Virus record (IMG/VR): IMGVR_UViG_3300011442_000009
Coordinates: 1 to 64,000 of that record
Length of the DNA: 64,000 nt
Direction: 5' to 3' (one strand)
DNA from: a virus
Taxonomy: Duplodnaviria; Caudoviricetes
Of the stretch, positions 53,588 through 62,474 are shown piece by piece (the first letter of the stretch is position 1; each line of letters begins with the position of its first letter). The notes under the pieces were generated by a model. It was not told the DNA's origin, did no database searches, and saw only the letters and a program-made list of their open reading frames with translations. The position numbers and the translations under genes were made by a program.

Positions 53588-54640
53588 TTAGGTTACCCGT
53601 ACCCACGTAACAGTCGTACGAGGAGCGATCAGGCGACAGTCTTTCCCGAAGGACTGAAGCTCGATAGTCGTGTAGTTGCTCGTGGTCGTTACTATCGCAC
53701 AGGAGGAAATCGGGACGTACGAACCGCCGGAAAATCCGGTCAGCGCGACGAAAGACCCGGGAAGGAACTTTGGATCCTGCGTAGGATCCGGAGAAGTGTT
53801 GTTTGCGGGGTTTGTGGTATCGACGAGCCCCGCATAAACCGTGGGATTGCTCCCTGTGGCGTACACCATCGTGACGAACCGGAAAAGATACTTCCCGGCA
53901 GAAGTCAGTCTAAACGTCACTTTCCCAGTATCTGCGCTAGGAGTGAAATTCACCAGAGTCGCCGCGGCCGTCGGTACGAAATCTGTCTGATCGTCCGCGC
54001 CGACGAAGCTGCCGGTTTGCTGTGTGGGACCCGCAGACAGCGTTTCCCCATTTTCGCCGTCGATGCCCTTGTCCCCCGGAAGTCCTTTGTCTCCCTTGTC
54101 TCCAGTAAGCCCGAGATCGCCGTGTGGGCCTTGCAGATCCTGTCCTTTAGGCCCGGTGGGTATGATCAGCTTACCGGCCGCTATGACGCCGCTTGCGCCA
54201 AGCTGGGGCTGTACTAGGGTCACCGTGAGGTTCCCATAATCGTCCGCAACGAGGACCTGATACCACCCGGAACTTCCCACGAAAATTATTTCGTTGACCT
54301 TGATCACCGGGTTGAAAATGGTGCGTAGGATGAACGGCGTGCTGTTCGTGGGTTGGGTGAAGGACGCGATTGAAACCGTGTAGCCGTTGAACCCGTTCAG
54401 GCCCATGAGCCCCGGCTCGCCTTTGGGGCCGCGCAATGCTTCAATCTCCTCACGCAGGAGGCGCAGGAAATAACAAGCCACTCCTTCGTCCGCGCTGCGC
54501 GGGTCGTCCGGAAGACCGGTATCGAGACTGCACGGAAGCTCCCACGCCACTATCCCGGGAGAAACGTCTACCTTCGTAACGCCATCCCCGAACAACGAGA
54601 AGGTGAAATTGTTTACTTGGCTTTGAAGTGATTCGGCCAT
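53588..54640 (-). CDS. collagen-repeat fibre protein (paralog B)
   Basis: Two Gly-X-Y tracts; N-domain W.LPC.LDTGLP...E..ACYFLRL shared with 54640..55761. Confidence 0.75.
   Translation of the reverse strand: MAESLQSQVNNFTFSLFGDGVTKVDVSPGIVAWELPCSLDTGLPDDPRSADEGVACYFLRLLREEIEALRGPKGEPGLMGLNGFNGYTVSIASFTQPTNSTPFILRTIFNPVIKVNEIIFVGSSGWYQVLVADDYGNLTVTLVQPQLGASGVIAAGKLIIPTGPKGQDLQGPHGDLGLTGDKGDKGLPGDKGIDGENGETLSAGPTQQTGSFVGADDQTDFVPTAAATLVNFTPSADTGKVTFRLTSAGKYLFRFVTMVYATGSNPTVYAGLVDTTNPANNTSPDPTQDPKFLPGSFVALTGFSGGSYVPISSCAIVTTTSNYTTIELQSFGKDCRLIAPRTTVTWVRVT
53610..53638 (-). promoter_or_regulatory. putative late promoter TGTCGC-N16-CGACTGT
   Basis: Motif family member embedded in the 3' end of 53588..54640. 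Confidence 0.45.
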
Positions 54641-55761
54641 TAGCTTAGTTGGACAAAGGTGATCGTAGTGTTCTCAGGGTAGACCTTACCCTGTTTCCCG
54701 AAAGCTTCAAGCCGCACAATCTGGTTCGGGACAGTAGTGACGTGAATCGCGGACATCGGAATAATTCGCACGGTATTCGAGGCGTTGAATTCCTCGGTTC
54801 CGGTTACTGCGGCCGCGGCGGTCTCGTCATAGAGCCGCACCGAGAACGCGACACCAGACGTATGGGAGGAGATCGCAGTGGTTACCGTCAGAAGGTACGT
54901 CCCGGCGGTCGTGAGAGTCACCTTCGGCATCGAGGACGTAAAATCAACAGGAGTCCATGCCGGGCCAGTGTTGGGATTCGTATAGAGCGTACCGGCGTCA
55001 TCGTGGTACTGACCATTGTTATTCGTGGTGCCAGAAGTCGGGCCGCTCAATCCGGGAAGACCCTGATCGCCCTGCTCTCCCTTATCACCGTCATCGCCCT
55101 TCAAACCCTTCTGTCCGGGATCGCCCTTTTCGCCGGGAACTGAAAGACCTTGTGCACCCGCTGGAAGAACCAAACTCCCCGCGGCAATCGTTACCGGGGG
55201 ATTCGTTACAATCGCCAGAAGCGCCAGAAAAAGGGTTCCATCCGCGATGTTCGCGTCCACGCGATACCACCCAGAAGACTCAATGAAAACCTGCATGCCC
55301 GGTAAGATCGCCGGGTTGTACGAGGTTCTGACTTGGATCTGCGGGTTCTGGAGAGTCGGCTGCGTGAACGACTGCGTAAGTGCCGTGTACGCGTTGCGTC
55401 CATCCGCGCCGGGATTCCCACGATCTCCGGGAAGACCGGGAGTGCCGAGTATGCCGTCCGCAAAGAGTCGGAGAAAATAGCATGCCAAAGGCTCGGTAGC
55501 GCCGCGCGCGTTATTCGGCAGACCGGTGTCGAGAGTGCACGGCAGAGACCAGCTCACGACGCCGTTGATTTCGGTCTTGATTACTTCACCGAAAAACTGC
55601 TTGGTGAAATTCTCGATCTGGCTCGGAAGCGTTTCGCTGGCTGCCGTGTTGGTCGGATCCGTTCGGCACGGATTGCCGCAGGACATGAACCCGTTCGTAC
55701 ACGTGTCTAGCGGGTTTACGTTAGAATTCTCGGTCCCGTCACCGCAGCTTGTGCAAGGCAT
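54640..55761 (-). CDS. collagen-repeat fibre protein (paralog A)
   Basis: Same architecture as 53588..54640; GEKGDPGQKGLKGDDGDKGEQGDQG. Confidence 0.75.
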   Translation of the reverse strand: MPCTSCGDGTENSNVNPLDTCTNGFMSCGNPCRTDPTNTAASETLPSQIENFTKQFFGEVIKTEINGVVSWSLPCTLDTGLPNNARGATEPLACYFLRLFADGILGTPGLPGDRGNPGADGRNAYTALTQSFTQPTLQNPQIQVRTSYNPAILPGMQVFIESSGWYRVDANIADGTLFLALLAIVTNPPVTIAAGSLVLPAGAQGLSVPGEKGDPGQKGLKGDDGDKGEQGDQGLPGLSGPTSGTTNNNGQYHDDAGTLYTNPNTGPAWTPVDFTSSMPKVTLTTAGTYLLTVTTAISSHTSGVAFSVRLYDETAAAAVTGTEEFNASNTVRIIPMSAIHVTTVPNQIVRLEAFGKQGKVYPENTTITFVQLS

Positions 55762-55764
55762 AAA

Positions 55765-56514
55765 TTATTTCAGTAAATGGTCTACCACCGACTTGACGTC
55801 TCCGTCCTGCGCCTTTTTATGCGACTCGACGAAGGCATCCAAAATTGACTGCCGAAGAACCGGGTCCTCGAGAGTATCGTTGGCCCACTTCATAAATTTC
55901 TTTCCGCCGTCTACGAGCTGTACCACTCCCCTCGAGGCCGTAGAGCTCGCGACATTCATCGCCCCTACTCCAACCATCGCCGCGGGATTCGCCGCGGAAG
56001 CCGCAGTCAATACCAGCTTGAGGACATGAAATCCAAGAAAAGCAAAAAGCGCTGCAGCGCCCAGCCATACAAAGTACGGAACCTGCACGAGGCCGGTGCC
56101 TTCAATCTTTTTGCCGACGTTCTCGTTACTATCATCCTTAAAAGAATCGACCTTTTTGGAAAGCACCGCGAGCGTTTTGCGCACCTCATCCGCCAGCGCC
56201 ACGGTGTCAATCGTGGGCCGCTTAGCCGGAGGCCCGAGGACGTCCGCGACCGCGTCGGTCAGCACGACCGTTTCAGTAGCGGGGGAAATGACGAACGGGC
56301 TCGCCTTTTCTGCGACGGCGGCGACTAGCGTCTCGCTCGCCTTTTCTTTTGCGCGCTGCGCGGCCTGCCTTTGTGTCTCCTTCGCCGCCTGCGTCGCCTC
56401 TGGGAACTTTTTCACCTTGTCCTGAAAGAGTTCCACCTTCTTGGGTATTAGTGTCCCGCAGCCGGTAAGAAAGACCAAGGCGACGAGCGATAAAAGATAG
56501 GATGTTTTTTTCAT
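55765..56514 (-). CDS. lipoprotein with internal TM segment (possible spanin)
   Basis: Lipobox MKKTSYLLSLVALVFLTG-C, coiled-coil region, then hydrophobic VPYFVWLGAAALFAFLGFHVLKLVL. Confidence 0.6.
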   Translation of the reverse strand: MKKTSYLLSLVALVFLTGCGTLIPKKVELFQDKVKKFPEATQAAKETQRQAAQRAKEKASETLVAAVAEKASPFVISPATETVVLTDAVADVLGPPAKRPTIDTVALADEVRKTLAVLSKKVDSFKDDSNENVGKKIEGTGLVQVPYFVWLGAAALFAFLGFHVLKLVLTAASAANPAAMVGVGAMNVASSTASRGVVQLVDGGKKFMKWANDTLEDPVLRQSILDAFVESHKKAQDGDVKSVVDHLLK

Positions 56515-56701
56515 TTTTCTTGATGAGGTGGCGAATGGTGAGGATGCCAATCGCAATTTGGATTAGGGTTAGGGTGAAGCTCAAAAAAGGTCCTAGATTC
56601 TGCATGACCGCTTGGACTCCCGCGAGCGAAATGTTCACTCCGAGGAATCCAAAAAGTTTGCGTTCGTGTTCTATCACAAAAGAAATATCTTGTACTTGCA
56701 T
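56273..56701 (-). CDS. holin-like 2-TM protein (ORF runs on into the next gene)
   Basis: The first ~62 aa hold two TM helices ending in the basic tail RHLIKK; located just upstream of the lipoprotein. Confidence 0.45.
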   Translation of the reverse strand: MQVQDISFVIEHERKLFGFLGVNISLAGVQAVMQNLGPFLSFTLTLIQIAIGILTIRHLIKKNEKNILSFIARRLGLSYRLRDTNTQEGGTLSGQGEKVPRGDAGGEGDTKAGRAARKRKGERDASRRRRRKGEPVRHFPRY

Positions 56702-56707
56702 TGGGGG

Positions 56708-57028
56708 TTATATGGCCTCGAGCCACTTTCGCAAAAGGTCATTGAATGTGTCGGCCGGTTTGGGGGTGCCCCCCGTGAGTACGACAATTTTTCTCACGAT
56801 TGTGTATATCAAGTCTCCCGGCGAAAAGGTCCCGCCGTACGTTACCAAAATCTTTCGGAGGATGTTGCTTCGAAGATCTCCCGGGGAAAAAGTGCCGCCC
56901 CGGGCAACCAGAATTTTTCGAAGTAAGACGTTCTCCAGATCGCCCGGTGAGAAGGTCCCGCCATAGACGGCAAGAATTTTCCTCATGACGGTCGAGTCAA
57001 GGTCGGCCTGTCTGTAGGTTGTAGCCAT
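56708..57028 (-). CDS. tandem 19-aa repeat protein (GDL...LRKIL..GGTFSP), possible capsid decoration protein
   Basis: About five repeat units; immediately downstream of the capsid gene. Confidence 0.75.
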   Translation of the reverse strand: MATTYRQADLDSTVMRKILAVYGGTFSPGDLENVLLRKILVARGGTFSPGDLRSNILRKILVTYGGTFSPGDLIYTIVRKIVVLTGGTPKPADTFNDLLRKWLEAI

Positions 57029-57045
57029 GGTTTTTTAAAGAGAAT

Positions 57046-57078
57046 GGGGGCTGTCGGCTGTTAGGCCGGACAGCCCCC
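57046..57078 (-). terminator. hairpin after the capsid gene (partial terminator or processing site)
   Basis: gggggctgtc/gacagccccc stem; followed on the minus strand by ATTCTCTTT. Confidence 0.55.
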
Positions 57079-57132
57079 AAGGGTTTCCCTACCCCGATGA
57101 CCCGAGCGAGTCACCGAAAGGGTGTGATTTGA

Positions 57133-58449
57133 TTACAGCGTCGGATAACCGGGTCCGATCACAGGAGTCTCGTCGTCACCGCAAACACCAATGTTGGTGA
57201 AGCTGTCCGCACCACTGTAGGAGCTGGAGTTGGACGACGCGCAGGCGATCAAGCCGAGATCAGCTTGGCAGCGCTTGTAGAGGATCGGGATGATCCATTG
57301 AGGGCGCAGCGGGCGATAGGCCCGGGTGATCTGGTACTGGTGCCAGCCGAAGTCGCCGCGGCTATTGCACTCGTTGTCGATGACATAGTGCCATTCGAGC
57401 TCACCCATGTGCAACTGCGGGGAGAACTTGAAGCTGCCTTCGCCGACATACTTCTCGGGCACGAGGCGCTCGAAGCTTCCGTCGGCAATCAGCACGCCGA
57501 CTTCGTAGTCAGCGGCCAGCCAAGCGGGATTCGGTTTCGCAAAGGCCACGCCCCGGGAAGGGTTCGCGACGATCACGACTGGGTCAACCAGTGCGAGGGT
57601 GCCGTCTTCGTTGAAGCCAGTGGCCCGGAGGGGACGCTGATCAACACCGAAGGCAATACCACGGTAAGCCGGGCTCTGCTCGAAGGAGTAGGCCGTCAAG
57701 GTCTGCTCGCCGAGTTTGTACCCGCCAGTGGTCAAGGCAACCATGACGTTCTGCACGCCGACTTCCGAGCGAAAATACTCGATCTGGTCGGTGCCGCCGA
57801 TGAAGCGGAAGTGAGGCATTCCCTCGCTCTGGCTGTACCACTCGCCGAAGAGCACCTCTTTGAGGTACCGGGCAATGTAGTGCAGCGCCTTGAAGGTCAT
57901 CGGACCCGTAGGCAACAGCGGGGCGAACTTCACGCCGAGATCTGTTTCCAGACCGCCGGTGAAAAGCGAATTGAAATCGTAGTTCGCGTTGGCCGTGAAC
58001 TTCGAAGCGGATCGCAGGTACAGCTGGGCGCGGATGTCCGCGTTGATGTACTGGGTGACCAGTTTCTTCATGGAGTCTTCCGCCGTGCCGTACGAGCTCT
58101 TAAACGCGGCGTACCCCTGCTTGACGCAGATGTTCGGGCCGCGGCCACGGAAGCTCTCGAGGCGGAGCGTGAATTCGACAGTGTCAGTCAGATCCTGATT
58201 ACCAGTCTGGCCGCAAATGTCGGTATCGCACACGAAGTTGGGGATCGCCAGTGAATCACCGGGAGCCGCCTGCATCTGGACGATGCTTCGAATGGCGTCA
58301 GACGTGCCGGACGGGAAGGTCCCGCCGCCGATGACGTTCATGTATACGCTGTTTGCAGCGACCGCCTTGGCCACTTGACCAACAATTCTGTTGGTGTCCT
58401 TACTGGCTATGTCGCTGATATCAGAGGGGTTATCGCAAAAAAATGCCAT
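57133..58449 (-). CDS. major capsid protein (putative)
   Basis: 438 aa with strongly biased codons, its own promoter and a downstream hairpin; HK97-like length and pattern; first structural gene after the glycosylation cassette. Confidence 0.75.
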   Translation of the reverse strand: MAFFCDNPSDISDIASKDTNRIVGQVAKAVAANSVYMNVIGGGTFPSGTSDAIRSIVQMQAAPGDSLAIPNFVCDTDICGQTGNQDLTDTVEFTLRLESFRGRGPNICVKQGYAAFKSSYGTAEDSMKKLVTQYINADIRAQLYLRSASKFTANANYDFNSLFTGGLETDLGVKFAPLLPTGPMTFKALHYIARYLKEVLFGEWYSQSEGMPHFRFIGGTDQIEYFRSEVGVQNVMVALTTGGYKLGEQTLTAYSFEQSPAYRGIAFGVDQRPLRATGFNEDGTLALVDPVVIVANPSRGVAFAKPNPAWLAADYEVGVLIADGSFERLVPEKYVGEGSFKFSPQLHMGELEWHYVIDNECNSRGDFGWHQYQITRAYRPLRPQWIIPILYKRCQADLGLIACASSNSSSYSGADSFTNIGVCGDDETPVIGPGYPTL

Positions 58450-58617
58450 AAACGTGATGTGGTTAAACTACGGGTGACTACATAAATCCGGGTCACTTGT
58501 CCGGGCACAGAAAGTTTTCCCCTGTGCGGGAGTTATGTTTGTCGCCGTAGGCCAAACAGCGGAGAGCTCAGGCCGTTCTCGGTGAAGTCAAACCGAGCAT
58601 CTTTTAGACTTCAGAAG

Positions 58618-58646
58618 AGAGTCGAAGGGAATCGAAAAAAGCGCAA
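58618..58646 (-). promoter_or_regulatory. putative late promoter TTGCGC-N16-CGACTCT for the capsid gene
   Basis: Motif family member, followed by a ~165-nt structured leader. Confidence 0.55.
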
Positions 58647-58653
58647 GTGCGTT

Positions 58654-59157
58654 TTAGTGGGTTTGGAGATAGATAGCTGCTTTCTGAAGAATTTCGGGCT
58701 GATCTTTCGCGTATCCCAAAAGCGTATTGCAGTCTTTGCACAAGAGTCCGCGCACGCGGTCGGTGCTGTGGCAATGATCGACGTGGAGTCTGCGGCCTTT
58801 TGAATCTGCGTTCTCTGCGCCGCAAATCGCGCATCCGCTGTTCTGGTTTTTCAAAAGAACTTCATACTCCTCGAGTGTGATCCCGTACGCGCGGCGCAAA
58901 ACTGCTGACTTGTGTTTCCGGGGGTGCGCTTTGTTCCACGCTCTGCGCGTCGCGGCATGCTGCTCCGGGTGCTTCTTCGCCCATTCGCGGGCTTGTCTCG
59001 CGTCTTCTCCCGGGTGGGCGAGTCTCCATACGTCTTTCGCCGCGCATTCACATACACGACAGCTATGACGAAACCCGGGCGCGTGTCCGTGCGGCCGAAA
59101 GTTTTGAGCGTTCAGTTCTTTTTCGGTCCCGCACTTTTTGCAAACCCGAATACTCAT
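58654..59157 (-). CDS. endonuclease VII-like homing endonuclease
   Basis: YGITLEEY..LL..Q..GCAIC...LHVDHCH...VRGLLCxxCN..LG...D. Confidence 0.9.
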   Translation of the reverse strand: MSIRVCKKCGTEKELNAQNFRPHGHAPGFRHSCRVCECAAKDVWRLAHPGEDARQAREWAKKHPEQHAATRRAWNKAHPRKHKSAVLRRAYGITLEEYEVLLKNQNSGCAICGAENADSKGRRLHVDHCHSTDRVRGLLCKDCNTLLGYAKDQPEILQKAAIYLQTH

Positions 59158-59882
59158 CGAGGATGCGTCTGGTTATATCGGAGCCGGGCGTTCGCCATCT
59201 GAAGAACTACCCCGCGATCCTTGATCGCATGAAGCATGATCCCACCGGCGTTCGTAATCCGATCCAGCATGTGCGCTACCCCGGGCGCGTCGTTACGCGT
59301 AGGGCAGCTAACTCCTCCCGGAAAAGTTTTGTGGGGTTCCTTGGCTTCCGCGGTGAGGCGCATTAAATAGTGGTCAATAAATTGTAGTTTCATATCCTCG
59401 AACGGGAGCCGGGCGCAGGCGTCGAAGTGGGCCTGAAGGCTCCGGCGCGAACAGAAGTACGGAGGTTGCGCCGCGTATCGGGGGAAAGAATACCCCTCGG
59501 GCATCGTGTGCATGTGATCAGAAGCTTCGTTCGACCAAAACACATCTTCGTCATAGAGGTACCTCGGCAACTGCGGCGAAAGGCAGACCGAGTCCGAGTC
59601 GTTCATGAGAATGTGTTTAAACGAGAATTCGAGCATCACCCTCATGTGCTGTTTCTGCCGTTCAAGTGACGCAGGGCCAATATACGCCCGCTCTCCCGCA
59701 GTCCGGAAAATTAACTGCTTGCTGGTTGATCCGAGAGCTTGGGGAGTTATAGGTGCATCGTTGGGGGAGAGTATCAGCACCGGGCACTGATGGTGCAGAT
59801 AGTACGGCAACAAGTTTTTGATTTGGTGAGCGTCTCCGGCGTATCCGCAGACGGCAACGAGCGTGTCAGGATTCAGGGGCAT
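59154..59882 (-). CDS. putative GT-A fold glycosyltransferase
   Basis: [11 protein letters not shown] (DxD after a beta strand); located in the gmd/fcl cluster. Confidence 0.5.
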   Translation of the reverse strand: MPLNPDTLVAVCGYAGDAHQIKNLLPYYLHHQCPVLILSPNDAPITPQALGSTSKQLIFRTAGERAYIGPASLERQKQHMRVMLEFSFKHILMNDSDSVCLSPQLPRYLYDEDVFWSNEASDHMHTMPEGYSFPRYAAQPPYFCSRRSLQAHFDACARLPFEDMKLQFIDHYLMRLTAEAKEPHKTFPGGVSCPTRNDAPGVAHMLDRITNAGGIMLHAIKDRGVVLQMANARLRYNQTHPR

Positions 59883-60832
59883 AGCTGTAGTTCTTTCAAG
59901 ACCATTTCACGGACAAGATCTCCGAAGCAGACGGTCGGCTGCCATTTCAAAACCCGCTTAGCTTTCGATGGGTCTCCCAAGAGGACGTCCACTTCGGCCG
60001 GGCGAAAATACTTTGGATCCGTGGTGACATATTCCTGCCAATCGAGATCGACGTAATCGAAAGCGATCTCGCAAAATTCGCGCACGGAATATGTCTCCCC
60101 CGTGGCAATGACGTAGTCATCCGGTTTGTCCTGCTGGAGCATCAGCCACATCGCGTGCACGAAATCTTTAGCGTGCCCCCAATCGCGCTTGGCGTCGAGG
60201 TTTCCTAGCACGAGGTTCTTTTGTCGGCCCCGCTTTATGCGCGCCACGGCCTTCGCGATTTTGCGAGTGACAAACGTCTCGCCACGGCGCGGGGATTCAT
60301 GGTTAAAAAGTATTCCGTTGCTGGTGTGGAGACCGTAAGATTCCCGATAATTCTTGGTAATCCAGTAAGAGTAAACTTTGGCGCACCCGTAAGGACTGCG
60401 CGGATAAAAGGGAGTGTTTTCATGTTGGGGAGGGGGACTCGCCCCGAACATCTCGGAGCTGCTGGCTTGGTAAAATCGGGGATAGCAACCGCCAAGGCTG
60501 CGAATCGCCTCGAGGATACGGATCGTTCCCAGACCCGTCGCGTCACCGGTATACTCCGGCACATCGAAGCTCACCTTCACGTGGCTCTGCGCCGCGAGAT
60601 TATATATCTCGTGCGGAGTCGTGTCGTGAATCACGCGAGTCATGGCGGACCCGTCGGAGAGATCTCCATAGTGGATGTTTAAACGATCAAATATATGATC
60701 GATCCTGCCGGTGCTGAAACTGCTCGACCGGCGCATGATTCCATGCACCTCGTAGCCGTAGCTGAGCAATTCCTCAGCGAGGTAGCTTCCGTCTTGGCCG
60801 GTTATCCCGGTTATTAGTGCTCGTTTCGGCAT
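59873..60832 (-). CDS. gmd: GDP-mannose 4,6-dehydratase
   Basis: [82 protein letters not shown]. Confidence 0.97.
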   Translation of the reverse strand: MPKRALITGITGQDGSYLAEELLSYGYEVHGIMRRSSSFSTGRIDHIFDRLNIHYGDLSDGSAMTRVIHDTTPHEIYNLAAQSHVKVSFDVPEYTGDATGLGTIRILEAIRSLGGCYPRFYQASSSEMFGASPPPQHENTPFYPRSPYGCAKVYSYWITKNYRESYGLHTSNGILFNHESPRRGETFVTRKIAKAVARIKRGRQKNLVLGNLDAKRDWGHAKDFVHAMWLMLQQDKPDDYVIATGETYSVREFCEIAFDYVDLDWQEYVTTDPKYFRPAEVDVLLGDPSKAKRVLKWQPTVCFGDLVREMVLKELQLCP

Positions 60833-61740
60833 AAGAAGTCTTGATAGGCTAGTTTGATTCCGTCTTTGATGTTAGTTCTGGGTTTCCATCCCAGTTCGAA
60901 AATCTTGTGGCTGTTAAGTAACCGGCGGGGAGTGCCGTCCGGTTTGCTTTTATCCCAGTGAATGTTCCCGGTAAATCCGGTGGCTTCCGCTACTAGACCG
61001 GCCAGCGTGCCGAGCATCAGCTCTTCGCCACTCCCGATATTTGTAAGATCGTCCGCCTTGCCCGCCACGAGAAGTTTTATCGCAGCCTCCGCGAGATCGT
61101 CCGCGAACAAAAATTCTCGGGTCGGCGTGCCGCTTCCCCACAGAATCACGTCGTTTGCCTTGGCTTTCACGGCCTCGTGGAACTTCCGGACCATGCCCGG
61201 CAAAACATGCGAGTGCTCCGGGTGATAGTTGTCCCCAATCCCGTAGAGATTCGTAGGCATGCACGAAATGAAATGGCGTTTGTGCTGCTCCCTAATTGCT
61301 TGGCACATTTCGATGCCCGCGATCTTCGCCACTGCGTAGGCCCGGTTCGTTTCCTCGAGCGGGCCGCACATAAGCTGATTCTCCTGAATGGGGACCTGCG
61401 CGTGCTTCGGGTAGGCACAGGCGCTACCGAAAAACAGAAACCTAGAGACCCCGCAACCTAGAGCTGCCTCCATGGTGTTGGTCTGTATTCTAAGATTGTC
61501 CCGAATAAAATCCGCTCCCAGCCTGCTGTGCGCCATGATGCCCCCGACCTTGGCCGCGGCGTGGAAAACCACGTCCGGTTGGTAAGCTAGAAAATATTCC
61601 CAAGTACGGTCCCAGTCGGTCAGATTGAGGACTCTCGAAGAGGGCGACAGAATTTCATCAGCGCCGTATCCCAAAACTTTGAGTTGTCGAATCAACGCTT
61701 GGCCAACGAGGCCGTGCCCGCCAGTGACTAGAATTCTCAT
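60814..61740 (-). CDS. fcl: GDP-L-fucose synthase (epimerase/reductase)
   Basis: [70 protein letters not shown]. Confidence 0.95.
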   Translation of the reverse strand: MRILVTGGHGLVGQALIRQLKVLGYGADEILSPSSRVLNLTDWDRTWEYFLAYQPDVVFHAAAKVGGIMAHSRLGADFIRDNLRIQTNTMEAALGCGVSRFLFFGSACAYPKHAQVPIQENQLMCGPLEETNRAYAVAKIAGIEMCQAIREQHKRHFISCMPTNLYGIGDNYHPEHSHVLPGMVRKFHEAVKAKANDVILWGSGTPTREFLFADDLAEAAIKLLVAGKADDLTNIGSGEELMLGTLAGLVAEATGFTGNIHWDKSKPDGTPRRLLNSHKIFELGWKPRTNIKDGIKLAYQDFLCRNEH

Positions 61741-62474
61741 ATCTTTTCACCTAGAAGGTGACGCCGACCCAGCTCGATTAGCGAAAGGTCCTTGACCCCG
61801 TGGATCCAGATTAACTGACCGCGTTGGGCCTCGTGGAACTTCTCCAGCGTGTAGCCTCTAGTTGCATACCACGATACAATACCGGGGATGTTTGCCCAAC
61901 CTCTTTTTTTAAACTGGGGAGAGAGCGCGTAGTCCCAGCCCACATTAGCTTTCAGGCCGTCCGCGGTCCTGAGCACCCACTTCAGCATGGTTGCTTCTCC
62001 GTTGACGAGAAGGTTGCCGTTCATGTGCTCCGCCGGGATGTACACTACCGGGCCAGCGACGCAGACCGGTTTCGGTTTGTTCGCGTAATCCCACGCCTGA
62101 GACATACGAAGGATCCAGTCAGGGAAAACCGGACACCCGTCAGACTCGCAGGTGAAAATTGCCTTGTACCGCGGGATCCTGCGTGCGGCACTCATCGACT
62201 CCGCCCACCGAATTGTATTTATCCAAAGAGAATTGCAACCGGCGGGCCAGCCGGTGTTCCCCCGGGGCGCAGAGTACTGCCACAAGTTAAACTTGCGAGA
62301 GATCTGCAGGGCAATGGGGCCGGGCAACGAAAGGCAATCGTGCCGGTTTACCAACAGCACGTCCGCCAGATCCGAATGCCTCGGCTCGAGATCAGCGAGG
62401 TACCTTATGAGAGCCTCGGCCTGAGCCTTATCGCCTTCCCAGTACTGAAGTGCGATCAGTATTTTATTGCTCAT
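61737..62474 (-). CDS. putative GT-A fold glycosyltransferase
   Basis: AIFTCESDGCP (ExD), HMNGN and GWDY motifs; ATGA-coupled within the cassette. Confidence 0.5.
   Translation of the reverse strand: MSNKILIALQYWEGDKAQAEALIRYLADLEPRHSDLADVLLVNRHDCLSLPGPIALQISRKFNLWQYSAPRGNTGWPAGCNSLWINTIRWAESMSAARRIPRYKAIFTCESDGCPVFPDWILRMSQAWDYANKPKPVCVAGPVVYIPAEHMNGNLLVNGEATMLKWVLRTADGLKANVGWDYALSPQFKKRGWANIPGIVSWYATRGYTLEKFHEAQRGQLIWIHGVKDLSLIELGRRHLLGEKI

Noticed and set aside
56708-57028. Regular 57-bp repeats as a CRISPR array
   Set aside because: The repeats are in-frame codon-level repeats with no unique spacers, and no cas genes are present. The Cas4-like fold at 17364 belongs to the phage DUF2800-type nucleases.
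58490-58530. c-di-GMP-I riboswitch (GCACAGGGGAAAAC resembles the aptamer start)
   Set aside because: The downstream conserved GACGCAAAG element and P2 tetraloop-receptor are absent; GCACAG simply pairs with CTGTGC locally.
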